The translations under genes and the position numbers were made by a program. From Mobula birostris (Eukaryota): a DNA stretch of 64,000 nt. Below the pieces are notes generated by a model that made no database searches, was not told where the DNA came from, and saw nothing but the letters and a program-made list of their open reading frames with translations. The stretch is from NCBI RefSeq assembly GCF_030028105.1, contig NC_092370.1:96864969-96928968 (forward strand), written 5' to 3'. Below are positions 34,235 to 49,116 of the stretch, piece after piece. How positions within the stretch are numbered: the stretch's first letter is position 1; each line of letters starts with the position of its first letter.

Positions 34235-34850
34235 CTTGATCTGATGGAAGTGTTTAAAATGCTGAAAGGATTTGATAGAGAAGATACTGTGAAACAATTT
34301 CCTCTGCTGGGATAATCAAGGATAGAAGTACTTAGAATTAAAGCTATTCAACAGAGAAATCCAGAAATGTTCTTCCAGAATCAGTATCAGAATCAGGTTT
34401 ATTATCACCGGCATGCGTCATGAAATTTGTTAACTTGGCAGCAGCAGCTTAATGCAATATATAATATAGAAGAGGAAAAAAATTATTAAAATAATTTAAA
34501 ATAATTATAATAAATAAGTAAATCAATTACAGTATACGTATATTGACTAGACCAAAAATTGTGCAAAAAATTGTGTTCAAAGTCCATCCAGGAATTGGAT
34601 GGCAGAGGGGAAGAAGCTGCTCCTGAATCGCAGAGCATACAAAAAAAATAAAAATTTGGAATTCTCTCTGCCAGCTGGCCCTGAGAGCCATAACAATTGG
34701 AGATTTCATCACTGAGGGACGTTTCCTAGATAACAGTGTCATGGGCTATGGATCAAGGTGATAAAGAAGACCTGAAACACAGAGAAACATGGCCTAATTG
34801 AACGGTAGAGCAGGCCCAGGATGCTGAATAGCCTTTTCCTGACTCTTACG
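34235..34850 (+). mobile_element. CR1 3' fragment with a nested minus-strand Rex-type tail (about 34376-34640)
   Basis: 'DLMEVFKMLKGFDRED'; AGAATCAGTATCAGAATCAGGTTTATTATCACC tail. Confidence 0.6.
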
Positions 34851-35944
34851 TTTGCATTAGTCAATCTCCTTTTATTCAGTGGTCCATGTTGCAATGTAAT
34901 ACCTGAGGTATTTTTTGATACCTCTGATGACTAGAGGAAATGCTATGTTTATATGCATGCGAAAGTGTGGAACTGTCTTAAGCAAGTTATATTACACCAG
35001 GTCACTGGTCTGGAATTTCCAAAGAAAAATAAACAAAGCATCAAGATTTACCGTGTGAGTATGCTGCTGCCTGACAGCGTAAACTCTACAGAGCAACCCA
35101 GGCGAAAATTAGGCAGCAGATGGTGCACAGGGACTGAATGGTGCAGTGGAATGGAAAAATATATCTTTAATCTCAGACCTAGGCTTCGATCCAACATAGA
35201 ATGATGGGGAAACAATTTCTTTATCTGAAAGCTAAAACCATCTGAAACAAAGTGTGTCTGTCATGGGTGTGATGTAGTTTCAACTATGAAAGTGACAACC
35301 CTTTAGGTTCTCAAGATCTAGTGAAATAAATTGCACACTAATAAAGTTTTAACTGCAGAGTGCTTCTCTATCACTGCAGCTACAAAAACACATTTCTATC
35401 AAAGTGACTTGACTTCAAGCTTTTTGCTTAAAATGTCTTATTTTCTCCCTCTTAGAATCAACACTTTTTCTTGTGCATTCCTCCACCCATTTGTTTTATT
35501 CCCTCACACATGATATATTCCCTTCTCCTCCTCCATTCTCAGAATCTCTGTCACAATCACCAATGCTCTTGTAAAAGGCCAATGATTATTCAATGAAGAC
35601 ACTACCTGTTTTATCTCTAATATCATATCTCAGCATGGGTCAATTACAGAATACCTAGCTTGTAATATTAATACTTCTTTCACGCAGAATCCAATTACTG
35701 TACTTGCCTCACATTCTAATTAGTGCAACTTGAAGAAAATAGGGCAAGTGATTTATTATCAATATTGCCAAAGAGACATTGAAAATAAAAAGGACTGGTG
35801 ATAAAAACGGTTCTTCTCCCAATTCAAGGCAGACACCTCAGAAAAAAACAGCCCTGCTGTTCAACAAGAACACAAAAAATATTTATTCATTGTAGTGAAT
35901 TCCAGATCCATAAATTGCACTAATTAAACATGTATTACTATCAT

Positions 35945-36122
35945 AAAAACAGAAAATGCAGGATGTACTCAGTAGGTCAGGCCATTTCTATAGGAAGAGA
36001 AACAAAGTGAATGTTTCAGACCCTTCAACTTTGACCTGAAACATTAACCCCACTTGTCTCCCCACATATAAGGCCTGACCTATTGAGTATTTCCATCATC
36101 TCTATTTTAATTTTAGATTTCA
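35945..36122. mobile_element. Old fold-back Penelope-derived mini-element
   Basis: ACTCAGTAGGTCAGGCC...ATGTTTCAG versus CTGAAACAT...GGCCTGACCTATTGAGT. Confidence 0.6.
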
Positions 36123-37684
36123 TATATATGTTTTCTTTTCATGTGCTACTATAATATTATGTTCAGTCATGTACCTATAACACAGCTTTGTTGTAAGCAA
36201 ATAGTTTAATACACTGTAATGATTTATGAGTCCCTTGGGTATAAAGATGGGCAGTGACTGGAAAGAAAATAGTCATGTGTTCATAATCATTTCCACTCTT
36301 GTATGAGCATGTGGTTTCAATTGTCAAACACCGTCATATCATGTTGTTTTTACTGCTTTCAGCTGACCACATACAAAGCTGTAACAGCTGCTTCTTCCCA
36401 CCCTCTTGTTCAAAGCAATGAATTACTTTACTGAGAACTAAAAAGGGTACAGGCTTGCACACAGGACCCTCCAATTAATATTCACTTTAATTACTTCTAT
36501 TATTGCCAAATTATTTTACAGTAAAACAGACTGCATCTTTTGCTTTGCTCAAACTTCAAAGGTCTACTGAATTATTTAGGTTGAAGTGACAATTCAACAA
36601 CTGTTAATATTATTCAGCTTTGCCCTGCCTAAAGTAGCTTTTGCTTTCTATATTTTTAAGCAAAAGCCTCTCCTCCCTTTACCTTGTCTGTATTCAGATC
36701 TCTGGTTGGAGGGTATTAAAACAACTACCCTCAAGAGTGAACACATACAGTCATCACCTCCACTAGTTCCCAACATATTGACAAATTCGACCTTTGAAAG
36801 TTATTTTGTTTGGTCTTCTACCTTTCCCAAAACTGCTGTGTGGCAGTTTTTGAGTATATTGTTCAATCTTCATACCAACAGATTTCCTTCAGGCTCTAGA
36901 TGACAGGCAGTACATCAACGGACTCAAATTCCTTCTCAGTGAGGCTGGGCTTCCAGCAGTGATTACAAGTTTGCATTCCAATAGCAGGTACACTGACACG
37001 CAATTTCCCTCTCCCGTCTGAAACTATCTGACTGCTTCAGATATGGCCACAACTAAGGTCAATTTATTATCACTTGGGCATTCAACCTAGATTAGCTCTC
37101 GGTATACCTCACTGCATCAATATGATCTGCCTAGAAACAGCATTAGTTTAATTTATAAAATCTTGCATCCAATGAGGACACATCTGTTCACTGTTAATTC
37201 TCAAACAGCCTCTCTCATCTCTTTTTCTGACTCATAGTAATAGAAAAGTCCTGAGTTGTGTTGAAATATTGAATTAGTTTTCTTTGAACTTGTTGAAAGC
37301 TTACTCATATGCCATTTAAAAATGCACAAGGCAATAGAGAGAAGAATCCTCATCTTAAGTATATTCAAAACTAAATTCCAAAAAGTTTTAATGCAATATC
37401 CAGGAAACTTAGCTTTCAACAATGTGAATACAATGCAGAAAGCTGAAACTTGGGAGACAGTCTGCATAACAACAAGCTATACAGATAAGCTACAAAGAAA
37501 TAAAGCCATTTTATTCAGGAGCACAGTTAAGAGAAAAGAGGAAATCCATTTTATAGTTCAATGTGTACAATGATGATATACCTTTGACAAAGAGGAAGGA
37601 AGTGGTAAATTAATCGTTTAATGGTTACATTTACTCACAAAGAGAAATGAATGGGAAAGCTAGATTCTTAAGATCATTATTTAT

Positions 37685-38313
37685 TAGATTATAAGGACAT
37701 TCAGTCCTCATTTATTGTCATTTAGTAATGATACAATGTTCCTCCAGTATATCACAGAAACACAAGACAGACCAAGACTAAAACTGACGAAACCACATAA
37801 TTATAACATATAGTTACAACAGTGCAAAGCAATGCCGTAATTTGATAAAGAGCAGACCATGGGCACGGTAAAAAAAAGTCTCAAAGTCCCGATAGCCCAT
37901 CATCTCACGCAGACGGTAAAGGGGAGAAACTCTCCCTGCCATGAGCTTCCAGCGCCGCAAACTTGCTGATGTAGTACCCTGGAAGCACCCAACAACAGCC
38001 AACTCTGAGTCCGTCCGAAAACTTTGAACCTCCGACCAGCCTTCTGACACCGAGCACCGAGCACCATCTCTGCCGAGCACTTCGACCCCACCCCGGCCGC
38101 TGAGCAACAAGCAAAGCCGAGGACTCGGGGCCTTCCCCTCCCGAGATTCAGGATCACACAGTAGCGGCGGCAGCGAAACAGGCGTTTCAGAAGTTTCACC
38201 AGATGTTTCTCTGCGCTCTCACGTTCTGTCTCCATCAAATCAGGATACTGTACAACATCCTACTTGACAGATAACAGATATTCTGGCGTCGCGCCGCCAT
38301 TTTCTCCTCCTCC
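37685..38313 (-). mobile_element. Non-coding GC-rich non-autonomous retroelement
   Basis: On the minus strand it starts GGAGGAGAAAATGGCGGCGCGACG and ends in a LINE-like tail (CAATAAATGAGGACTGAATG). TTTATTA occurs at both flanks. The interior is CpG-rich. Confidence 0.6.
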
Positions 38314-39311
38314 TTTATTATCCATAACTAATTTCCCCCATGAACTGAAGTAGGTCATTCCAGCAGATATTTAAGATTCCAACAATTTAGAGGCTCTAGA
38401 GTCACATTAAGACCAGACATCACATTTCACAACATAAACAGCTACGATGCTGAGGTGGCCATAGAATCAGCAAGTTCACTAATGGTTATATCCAGGATTT
38501 GTGCAGTGGAAAGGTTAAACATGAAGCTCAAATTTAATTGAAGCAGTTTACTCCAACAATCTCACCCTAAACATCCGGAGTCATGTCCTTAGCCAAAGCT
38601 TCCTGAACTTGCAAAAAAAAAATTAAGGTCCTTCCCAGTTCCATGAAGCTCTTGACTGACCTTCATTTGCAAGTTTCTTGAAAACACTATGGTTACCAAG
38701 TGAAATCTAAAAACTCCTGTTAAAATCAAACTTAATAAGCTACTGACATAATGAAACCAGCTGCTTTCCTGAAAAAGATGCTCTCCAGCAGACTGAAAAG
38801 CTCCACTTAATTATGCAAAGCCAATAGGTTGGAACTGACTTTGCAACATTGTTAATTTCAGTGCAGTTAACCTCTGACCTCTTCAAAAAGCATGAGAGTT
38901 AAAATCAGTGTTTGACTCAATGGTACATTTATTTTTCTTCAATTATTTCAAACATATAGGATGCATTTCCAGTTTTCTCCTCTTCTTTCTCATGGTCATT
39001 CAATGGCAACATTCTCAGATGGCTCTCTAAATGTACAGTCAGCTTGCCACCCAAAACTCATCCATCTTTCACCTCTTGCCTTCCACTTTTCCTGTCCATT
39101 TCTACTTATCAATCCTCCCACGTGATAGGATCATTCTCTGAACATTCTTCCTGGCAAGCACAGGCAATGCACAGAGCTCAGCAAACCATAACAAAATTTC
39201 ACTGCTTTATCTGCCTCCAAGCAAGAAAAGAGTGGTGAATTGGGGGGGGGGGCGATATCCAGTATCTCCAAAAATGTTTGCCTCCTCAACTGGTGGAGGA
39301 GCTCAAGGTGC

Positions 39312-41065
39312 CATGAGACAATAAGACATAGCAGCAGAATTAGACCATTCAGCCCATCAAGTCTGTTCCACCATTCCATACTGGATCCCACTCAACCCCA
39401 CAGATCTACCTTCTCGCCATATCTTTTGATGCCCTGACCAATCACAGACTTGGCCTCCACTGCAGTCTGTGGCAGAGCATTCCACAGATTCACTACTCCA
39501 TGGCAAAAAACAAAACAAATTCTTCCTTACTGTGTTCTAAAGGGTCACTCCTCAATTTTGAGGCTGTGCCCTCTAGTTCTGGATACCCCCACCATGGGAA
39601 ACATCTTCTCCACATCCACCATATCTAGTCCTTTCAGTATTTGGTAGGTTTAGATGAGATCCCCACCCGCATTTTTCTAAATTACAGTGAGTACAGGCCC
39701 AAAGCTGCTAAAGGCTCCTCACATATTAACACCTTTATTCCCGGAGTCATCCTCATGAACATCCTCTGGACTTTCTCCAATGATAATTCATACTTTCTGT
39801 AATATGGGACCTAAAACTGTTGATAATTCTCCAAGTGCAGCCTGTCTAGTGTTTTATAAAGGCTCAGCATTATTGCCTTGCTTTTGTATTCTAGTCCCTT
39901 TTTTACCACAGACTCAACCTATAAATTAACCTTCTGGGAGTCTTGCAGAAGGACTTCTATGTCCCTCTGCACCTCTGGTGTTTGAGCCTTCTCCCCATTT
40001 AGGTAATAGTCCGCACTATTGTTCCTTTTACCAAAATGCATTATCAGACATTTCCCAACACTGTATTCCAGCTGCAACATTTTGCCCATTCTTCCAATTT
40101 ATCTAGGTCCTGCTGCAATTGCATTGCTTCCTCAGCACTACCTACCCCTCCACCTATGTTTGTATCATCCGCAACCTTTGCCACCAAGCCACCTATTCCA
40201 TTATCCAAATCATTGACAAACAATGTAAAAAGTAGCGGTCCCATACTGACCCCCAAGAAACACCACAAGCCACTGGCAAACAAACCAGAAGCCCACTTTA
40301 TTCCCACACATTGCCTCCTGCCAGTCAGCCACCCCTCAATCCATGTCAGTATCTTTCCTGTAACGCCATAGGATTTTATCTTGTTAAGCAGCCTCATGTG
40401 TGGCACCTTATCAAATGCCTTCTGAATATCCAAGTAAATGACATCCACTGCCTCTCCTTTGTCCATCCTGCTTGGCACTTTCTTGAAGAACTCTTGGTCA
40501 GGCAAGATTTCCCTGTACAGAAACCATGATGACTTCGACTTATTTTATCAATAGTTTTGAAGTACTTCGAAACCTCAAACTTAGTAATAGACTCCAACCC
40601 TTTCCCAACTACTGAGGTTAGGCTAACTGGCCCATAATTTCCTTGATTTTGCCTTCCTCCCTTCTTAAAGCATGGAGCGACATTTGCAACCTTCCAGTCC
40701 TCCGGGAAGATGCTAGAATCAAGTGATTCTTGAAAGATCATCACCAATGCATCAGTAATCTCTTCAACAACCTCTATCAGGACGCTGGGATGTAGTCCAT
40801 CTGGCCCAGGTAACATACCCACGTTAAGACATTTGAGTTTGCCTAGCACTTTCTCTTTTGTAATAGCAATAGCACTAACTCCTGCTCCCTGATAATCACA
40901 GATCTTTGGCACACTGCTGGTGTCTTCCACGGTGAAGACTGATGCAAAGTACCCATTAAGTTCATCAGCCATTCTTTGTCACTGATTACTACCTCAGCAA
41001 CATCATTTTACAGTGGTCCAATATCAACCCTCACCTCCCTTTTTCTCTTTATATTACTGAAAAAA
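39312..41065 (-). mobile_element. CR1-type LINE (RT and 3' tail)
   Basis: 'PGPDGLHPSVL', 'PEDWKVANVAPCFKKG', 'VDVIYLDIQKAFDKVPH', 'AKVADD'. Confidence 0.92.
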
Positions 41066-44000
41066 GTGAGTGAGAGGGAACTTGATAAAGCACTTTCAAA
41101 GACAAGTTTCCACCAGCAACTTCTCCAAACACATCACCAACAACGATACTGCTGTTCCATCAATTCACTTCATTTAACAGACAAGAATGGAGATGAGTTA
41201 GGTCACAAATCCATCACTGGAAGTCACTGCACAAACTGTTCTAATACAAGCATTATCTTAACGTCTGAAGTCCAATTTAGCTCATTCACTCAACATGCAC
41301 ATTAATAGGACCAATCGCTCTCCTAACTATCTACTGATTATTGAAGGCATGATGGAAGGAATTAAAACCAATCCCCTCCATTTGATTGTTGATGTAGCTG
41401 TCAAAACCACATGACTTTTGACCCAAGCAGGATCACACAATCCAAATGTCAGTGAATAGATGAAAATAAGTGGCTTTTGTATCAAGACATCTGAGTTACC
41501 AAAGAAACTGAACAAAACAGGATTCACTCAGTCTGGTGAGTTGGTCAGAAGTTAACCTCCAAAATGGCTGAGGTCATCCCTTTCACAAGGGATAAAGAAA
41601 AAATATTTTTGGCAATCAGACAACGTAAAGCAAAGAGAGAGCAGCAAGTCTCAGCTTGGATATCTTCATCTGTTTCAGTGTCAACTTCAATCTTGTTAAA
41701 TGATTAAATGACTAGATTAACAAACAGAAACCAAGAATGAGAATAAGATGTGTGGGAGATGGAGGAATAAACACTTCTGTTATTTAACTGACCCAGATTG
41801 TACACTGAGTTAGCAAAGTAAACTACTGAGATATAACATCAAGTAGATACTATTCATTGGGAACTGTTCTCATACTATTACTTAAGCAAGAGCACCTGAT
41901 ACATTTCATACAAACTGTAGCTTTTATAAACATTTTGACAGATTTACTGATGGGCAATTGTACCAAACTCTTATTCCTTTAAAATATTAAGCTTTGAAAG
42001 TTTCCTTACTTACCAATTGCATCATTATGCATAAATCAACAGCATGAAATCCTGTTTCAGTATATTATCCTTCATTTCAAGGATTGGCACTGCCTCTTAT
42101 CTTTGAAATGGGCTGTAATGTGGGCACACTGCTCCTGAAAGCAGGAAACCCACAACTTTAGCCATTCAGGTGGTAATCAGAATTCCGTCATTGTGCATTT
42201 ATTGCCACAGTTGCACAAAGATGCCCAGAATATGAAGCAGCACAGCTGGGCTGTGTGCCACACATCAGTTCCAAAGAAGCTGCGGTCTTTTTAGTCCATC
42301 TGTCTGCCAAAATGCAGCATTGATAAATCAACGTGGGGAGTTAGTGAAAGTAGAATCAACATCCTTTAATTCACAAACAGTTCTCAAATTCTGCACTCCT
42401 TGTTTAAATGTTGGTGAGCCATCTCAGGATCTTGCAGTCTAATTTCTGTTTGTAAGTCAGAAACATACATCATGTATTCTGCTCACCCAGCATTGCAGTC
42501 CCAGCCCAAAGGTGAAAGTCAACTTTAAAATGTTAAACACTGCTGTATACTGTTTACACAGTGTTTTATTCCTTTACTCTTTGGAAACACATCAAAACTA
42601 TTCTGTGAATTCAAGATTACTTCTTTTATTCAATCTACAAAGTACGTAGGAAATATTATTTTTGGTTCGTGGGGATGCCCTTTCATCTCTATTGCTTAGC
42701 AGGTGATGATGTCAGTGAATGTATGATCACATGGCAGCAGCAGAGTCTTATGAGCACAAGCACCTGCAAACCTCCAAAAATGACCCTCCTGCCATTCAAC
42801 TTCCATTTTTTAATAATAGGGATACTCTTCATCTGGCTAGATGAGGGAAACATGAACAACACTCAAGCAGCTTAATAGCGGAGCAAATCAAGCTACTTGA
42901 TTGACAATGACTCACTTCTCCCACCACCAGGACACCTTGGTTATGGTCTGTACAATCTACAAAATACAATACATATGCTAACTAGACTAATCTACTTTCA
43001 GGTCACATGTAGCTTGATACAATTCGAAAGAAATTCTGCTCAATTTCACGAAATAAACTTTAGCTGCAATTCCAGAAGTAACCAGCTTCAAACACTCTTG
43101 TATGAAATGTAACATAAAATTCAATCTCACAAATTTTATTGCATTACACTAAATGCTTCACGTTGAACATTAAATAGTGTGTAAGCTGTTCAAGAAAATA
43201 GATCTCAGATTTAGCTCAATCATCCCAATTGAATGTTCTCCAGCAGTGCTGTTGATTTAGTGCAAGAGAAGGGACAGTCATCACAGACAAAACATCACAA
43301 TAGCAAAGCAGCATCTTTTATCTGACGCCGTTATTGCTTCGTAATCATTTTGGCAATGGATAATAAATTCTCACAGTCCAGAAATTCTGATAAAATATCT
43401 CAGATGGTTTGTTTGAAGATACGAACCCCGTTGCTGTAGATTTAGTTGATCCCTGTGCTGACACAATTCAAGGCATTACAGTTTGACCTTGATAGTCCTA
43501 AAAAGTGTGATTAAGAAAGAAAAGTCAAACTGGTTATTGCTTGTCATGTTTGGGATGCAGACAGTAGTTACAGTATTGTTGGAGGTGGCAATAAAGCCCT
43601 CCTCTTTCAAATATCCAACTACCAGTCAGAATGATCACCACGTGATGTAGCCTTTTGGATAGGAATTTAAGATCGCCAAAGAAAAATGTATATCTTCATT
43701 TGTATATGTGACTCAACTTCAAATGAGTTCTGCTGAAAAGGAATTAATTACGAGTTCCTCAGCAGGATCATTAAAATATAGCAAGGCTATTAAATATACA
43801 GAAAGCAAAGTCAGAACAGATGCCAGTCAAACTCAACACCTCTAGCTAACTATCTCAAATGTCTGAAAGCTTGATTTCAATCGACAGGAAACATAAAACT
43901 TTACTTTCTAACTTAAGATGTTGATTAGTTTAATAATGATTCATTCTTTCCACAATAATGTACTAAAATAAGATTGCAATGATTTTTACATAAAAAAACA

Positions 44001-44154
44001 CTCTTCCCTCCTCCAGCAATCAAATGAAAATTGGCAATGATCACGCCACAGGGAATATTACACAAAATTTCTACTTGATGACAACATGTCCAAAATGTTA
44101 AAGATTCTCAGTGGCTTGGCCAATGAATGCTAGACTTAGCAATGTTAAAATATT

Positions 44155-44830
44155 CATAGAATCATAGAGTCATAGAACTGATGAGCATAAAAACAATTCC
44201 TTTTGGCCCACATTATCTATACCAACCATGATGCCCATCTATGCTAAGCCCATTTGTGTTAGGCTATTATACTTATGCCTTTCCAATATAAGCAGTGACC
44301 AAAATGCCTTTTAATTGTAATAACTTATCTGTCTCTATTGTGTTTTTTATTGTGTTCTTTATCTTCTGGTGTTTTTAGTGCTGCATCTGATCCGGACTAA
44401 CAATTATTTTATTCCCCTTTCCACTTGTGTACTGGAAATGACACTGAGCAATCCTGAATCTTTAAAATGCGAGAACAGAAAACGATTACGAATTTCACTC
44501 ATTCGTTAAAACTTGCAACATTGGGGAGGGGGATCAAGGGTCCAGAAATCAAAACTTAAAGGGGATAGTTTGCAGGTGGGAGGGGGAAAGATTTAATAGG
44601 AAGCTGAAGGATAAACTACGCACCAAGAAGGTGGCCTGTAGATTAAACAAGCTGACAGATGAAATGTTTGAGGAAGATACAACAACATTCCAAAGACATT
44701 CGGACAGGTACATGGATGGAAAAAGTTTACAAGGATATTGATGTAAGTGGGACTAACTTAGATGGAATTCTTGGTCAGCAGGAATGAGTTGGGCTCAAGG
44801 GCCTGTTCCAGTACTGTATTTCTCTGTCGG
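44155..44830. mobile_element. Cluster of CR1 and Rex tails (CR1 minus 44155-44335, Rex plus 44335-44460, CR1 plus 44540-44830)
   Basis: (CATAGAAT/GT) repeats; GGGCTCAAGGGCCTGTT tail. Confidence 0.55.
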
Positions 44831-45714
44831 CCAGGGTTAAGCTTACACTAACCTGCACATCAAGATGCTGAGTGGATTGGTGCAGCAATAACTTTACAAC
44901 ACCCCTCATTCAAGCTGGTTAGAGTTTCAAGGCAGGAGTTGGCTGTATGTTGCGTCTCACATTCTATAATTTCCAACAAAATAAAAATAAGCCAATTGGC
45001 CCATTGATGGTATTGCAGATCACACAGCAAATCCACACCCTCATTAATTTTACAAGGACTAATATCACGATTTTACAAACTCAATTGAATATGGCCGAAA
45101 GGGAGAAAATGCAAAGGTAAAAAGTTGAAAACACACTGCTTATTTGCCATTAGAAGAATGCTATGTATTGCATCACATAATTCATGTGCCTGGACTGGAT
45201 TCTACAGGAAACACTGGCAACAGTTTCCCATGTTAGTTGACAGCAGCTTTGAGATTTTCACACACATTTGGTCAGTCCCTTAATTCACTTTTCAGAGTTC
45301 TTTTCGAAAATGCACTCTGCCATTGAACTCCACACGGAGCAAGACAGCACACTGTTATGACAGTCCTTCTCCATTAACAGCAAGGAGACCAGCTGAACCA
45401 TCAGTACAGCTGCAGAGATTTTTTCTCCATTGTTTTCAATGGAATATAACAGGCACATACAGTATAATTAAGTTGCTAGTATTTTAGATTGTTTTAAATG
45501 AGTTTTAATGTTTTAATCTTTTTTTTAAATAGCTTGAAGGCTGTTTCACAGTTTTTAATCAGGTTTGAATGTATGAGAATGCCAGAAACATTCAGTACTT
45601 ATGACGATTTAAATAGCTGCCTAAGCTGGAAGATGTCACTTGGCCAATCATCAAAACATTTTCTTCAGCTCTTTTTCTACCTGTGCTTGTTCTGCATCTC
45701 CACCACCAACTACT

Positions 45715-46150
45715 TCACCCATTCAAGACTGCAAGAAACTGCAGAGGTTTATGAATGCAACCCAGTCCATCGTGAAAACCATCTTCCCATCTGTTGACTT
45801 TGTCTACACATCCCACTGCCTCAAGAAAATGGTCAATAACATCAAGGACCCTTCTCACCATGGCCATTCTCCCTTCTCCCTCTTCCTATCAGGCAGGAGG
45901 TAAAAAAGCTTGAGAACATGTACCACCAGGCTCAATGACAGCTTTTATCCCACTGTAATAAGACACTTGAACTGACCTCTTGTATGATACTCCTGATCTC
46001 TCAAACTACCGCATTATGGCCCTTGCATTTTGTTTGTCTACCTGGCTACACTTCCTCTGTAACATTATATTCTGCATTTTATTACTGGTTTCATTTTGTA
46101 CTACTCCAATGTCCTTATGTATGGTAAATCTATATCAGTACATGTGACAA
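45715..46150 (+). mobile_element. Rex1/Babar 3' fragment
   Basis: 'QDCKKLQRFMNATQSI...NIKDPSHHGHSPFSLFLSGRR'. Confidence 0.8.
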
Positions 46151-46857
46151 TCATAATTACCAGTTATCATCCATATGAGGCCATTTACACCACTGTATAC
46201 CTTGTTGCTGTGCAGGGCCTCATATCGTAGAGTTAAAAGCAAATTTTCACTAGGGGAATGGCACAAGGTAACTGATCTAGGTGAGTAACAAGTACAAGGG
46301 TTCACAGTTAGTCTCAAATTTGGGGCTTTTGCTTTTCTGAAAATAATTCCTAGTGGTTGAAACGTCAAGATTGGATGATCCAGAGGAAGGACGTGAGTTG
46401 ATGGCATTTAGGGATGAAATGGGTAAATTTACTTGATAGACATTACAGGTTGATAATGCATCAACATTTCTATGCATTAGAATGACAACCACAACAATGT
46501 GCAATGGTCATTACTGTAGTTCCTTCAATATAATAACTGCTTTTCGGATTAGATCAGAAACTAGGAGAGTGATAAAGCATAGTATTAAATCTCCAGTCAA
46601 AGACTGCTTCAGGATGTAACAATTCTCAAACAACATCCAACAGGGACTCACATGAAGCAATATTAGGATTGCGATTTAGGTTTCGATCAGAGGCTTGTTT
46701 CCAGATGTGGATGCTGAAGGATGCAAAACAAATCTGAGGATCGTGAAGCTGAGTAACTGTCAGAGTGGAAGCCAATGTGGGAGAGTGGGTCAGTGGTTAT
46801 GGGTAAATGGAACTTCTTGCAAGCTGAAATAGGGGCAGACAAGCTCATGCTTTAGAG

Positions 46858-47130
46858 TGGCAAGGTAGCGTAGTGGTTAGCACAGCGCTTTACTGTACCA
46901 GCAAGCCGGGTCCAATCCCACCACTGCCTCTAAGGACTTTGTACATTCTCCCCAACATCCTGTGGGCTACCTCTGGGTGTTCTGGTTTCCTCCCACAGTT
47001 CAAAAACATACTGGTTGGTAGGTTAATAGGTCGTTTGTAAATTGTCCCGTAATTAGGCGAGGATTGAGACGGGAGATTGCTGGGCTGCCCGTCTCAAAGG
47101 ACCGGAAGGCCCGATTCCACAATAAATAAA
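46858..47130 (+). mobile_element. HE1-type V-SINE (tRNA-derived)
   Basis: A box TAGCGTAGTGG; B-box-like GGGTCCAATCC; V-domain GGGTGTTCTGGTTTCCTCCCACAG; CR1-like tail GGACCGGAAGGCCCG. Confidence 0.85.
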
Positions 47131-48239
47131 TATGTGGGATGGAACAGCCAACTAGGAGAGCTGAAACAATGAAACGATAAAAAGACATGAATGAGATTAT
47201 TTTACACCAGATGATCTAGGTGTGATGCAGGGTGCAACACACAGTCAAGCAGATCAATGCCTAACAGAACAATAGAGAACACATGGAGTGGAAGAAGAGA
47301 AGATTCCAAGCCTCCTGCTCTCGCAGGTCTAACCCTACTGACATATGCATTAACGATAAAATATCCACAGACTTTTCTAAGCGCTTCCTTGACAGAAATT
47401 AGGCTAGGAAGACTTCATGCTGACATTCAGTAACTGCTTTGTGGATATGATCAGAAACTCTGAGATTGTAAATTGCAGTGTGATTAGTGCAGATTCAGAG
47501 GAGCTAATTGCACCACAGGGAGCCCACCAAAGAATGCATTAGCATAAACAACATGTAGAAACGAGTTCACACAAAGCTTAAGATTAGTACCATGAGCTGC
47601 AGGTTAATTTACCAGCTAATCTTCTGAACCGTCATAAAATTCCTACCAACCAACAACTGAATCATTAATTGAAGGATGTATGAGAATGACAATTCAGCTC
47701 GGCTTCTCACTAATCCACTGACGATCATTTGGTCTTAATTTTGAATCCTGCCAAGGGTAATGGTAAGATTCAGTCCTGTGCCTGCCCAATACATTTGTCA
47801 GTTATTGCTGTTAGTTTAGTGATACTATTTTCAATAATGTTCAATTTTTCAATTACACTAAGCAGCACAGGAACAGAAATGCCATAATCCTTCACACAGA
47901 TGACTGCAGCGATGGATTGATGGCATTACAATGAGAAATAAATAGATATTTATTGATGAATAAACAATATATACCTCTAGCACTTAATAATTGAGTTTAC
48001 AGCAACACATAAAGTCAGATTATTTGGGTTAGTTTAACGCTTCAGCTGAACGTCTAACATTGCCTCCGAGTTGCAGAAAGGACAAATAAAATTCTGTAAT
48101 GGACATAATTTTATAAATATTAAACATTTATGAAAATCAATAGGGCATATTCATTTGAGGAAAAACAGTTTATACTACATATTATGTTCATACATTAAAA
48201 AACCATTTAGTATATTGTTGTCCTGCAGTTACTATTAAC

Positions 48240-48990
48240 ATCACTGTGCAACTGGGTATTGGACTTCCTAACCAACATATCTCAGACCAGTCAAGATGCA
48301 CAACCACTCTTTCTTCCCATTAATCTTCAACACAGGTCACATCCCAACCCCCCAGGGCTGTGTGCTCAGCCCAATACTGTACATTCTGCTCACACACGAC
48401 TACATGGCCAAACACCCAAGTAATCACATTGCCAAGTTTGCTGATGACATGACGGTCTTAAAGCTCATCACCAACAACAATAAGACAGCCTACAGAGAAG
48501 ACATGGGAGAGCTCGAAACCTAGTGCCAGGCAAATAACCTCTTCTTCAATATCCACAGGACAAAGGAGATGCTTAATGACTTCAGGAGAACTTGCACCAC
48601 TCTTTACATCGGCAGCAAGGAGCAGAGCCTGCAAGCAGTTTCGAACTCCTGGGAGTATACATCTCCCACAACCTCATGGTCTAAGAACACATCCTACACA
48701 ATCAAGAAAGTTCACCAACAACTCCACTTTCTGAGGAGACTGAAGAGAGCTGGACTATACACACCAATACTCACAATCTCTAAAGATGTGCAGTAGAGAG
48801 ATTCCTAACGCTGCATCACTGCACAGTATGGAAACTGCACTGCAGTGGGCAGGAAGGCTTTACAATGGGTAGTCAAAATTGCCCAAGCACTAGCCAAACT
48901 GCCATCGGGGACATGTATAGAGAAAGATGCCAGAAAAAGGCAGGCAATATCATGAAGGTACGCACTCACCCTGCTCATGGACTGTTTCAT
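48240..48990 (+). mobile_element. Rex1/Babar RT fragment
   Basis: 'TPQGCVLSPILYILLTHD...IAKFADD', 'KKVHQQLHFLRRLKRAG'. Confidence 0.85.
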
Positions 48991-49116
48991 AGGAATATTG
49001 GGGTTCAAGATCATAGCCCACTGAAAGTGACAATGGAATCAGAAAGAGTGTAAAGAAAGCATATGATGTGCCCCCATTGGTTGGAGCATTATGTACAAGG
49101 GTTGGGAAGTCACATT

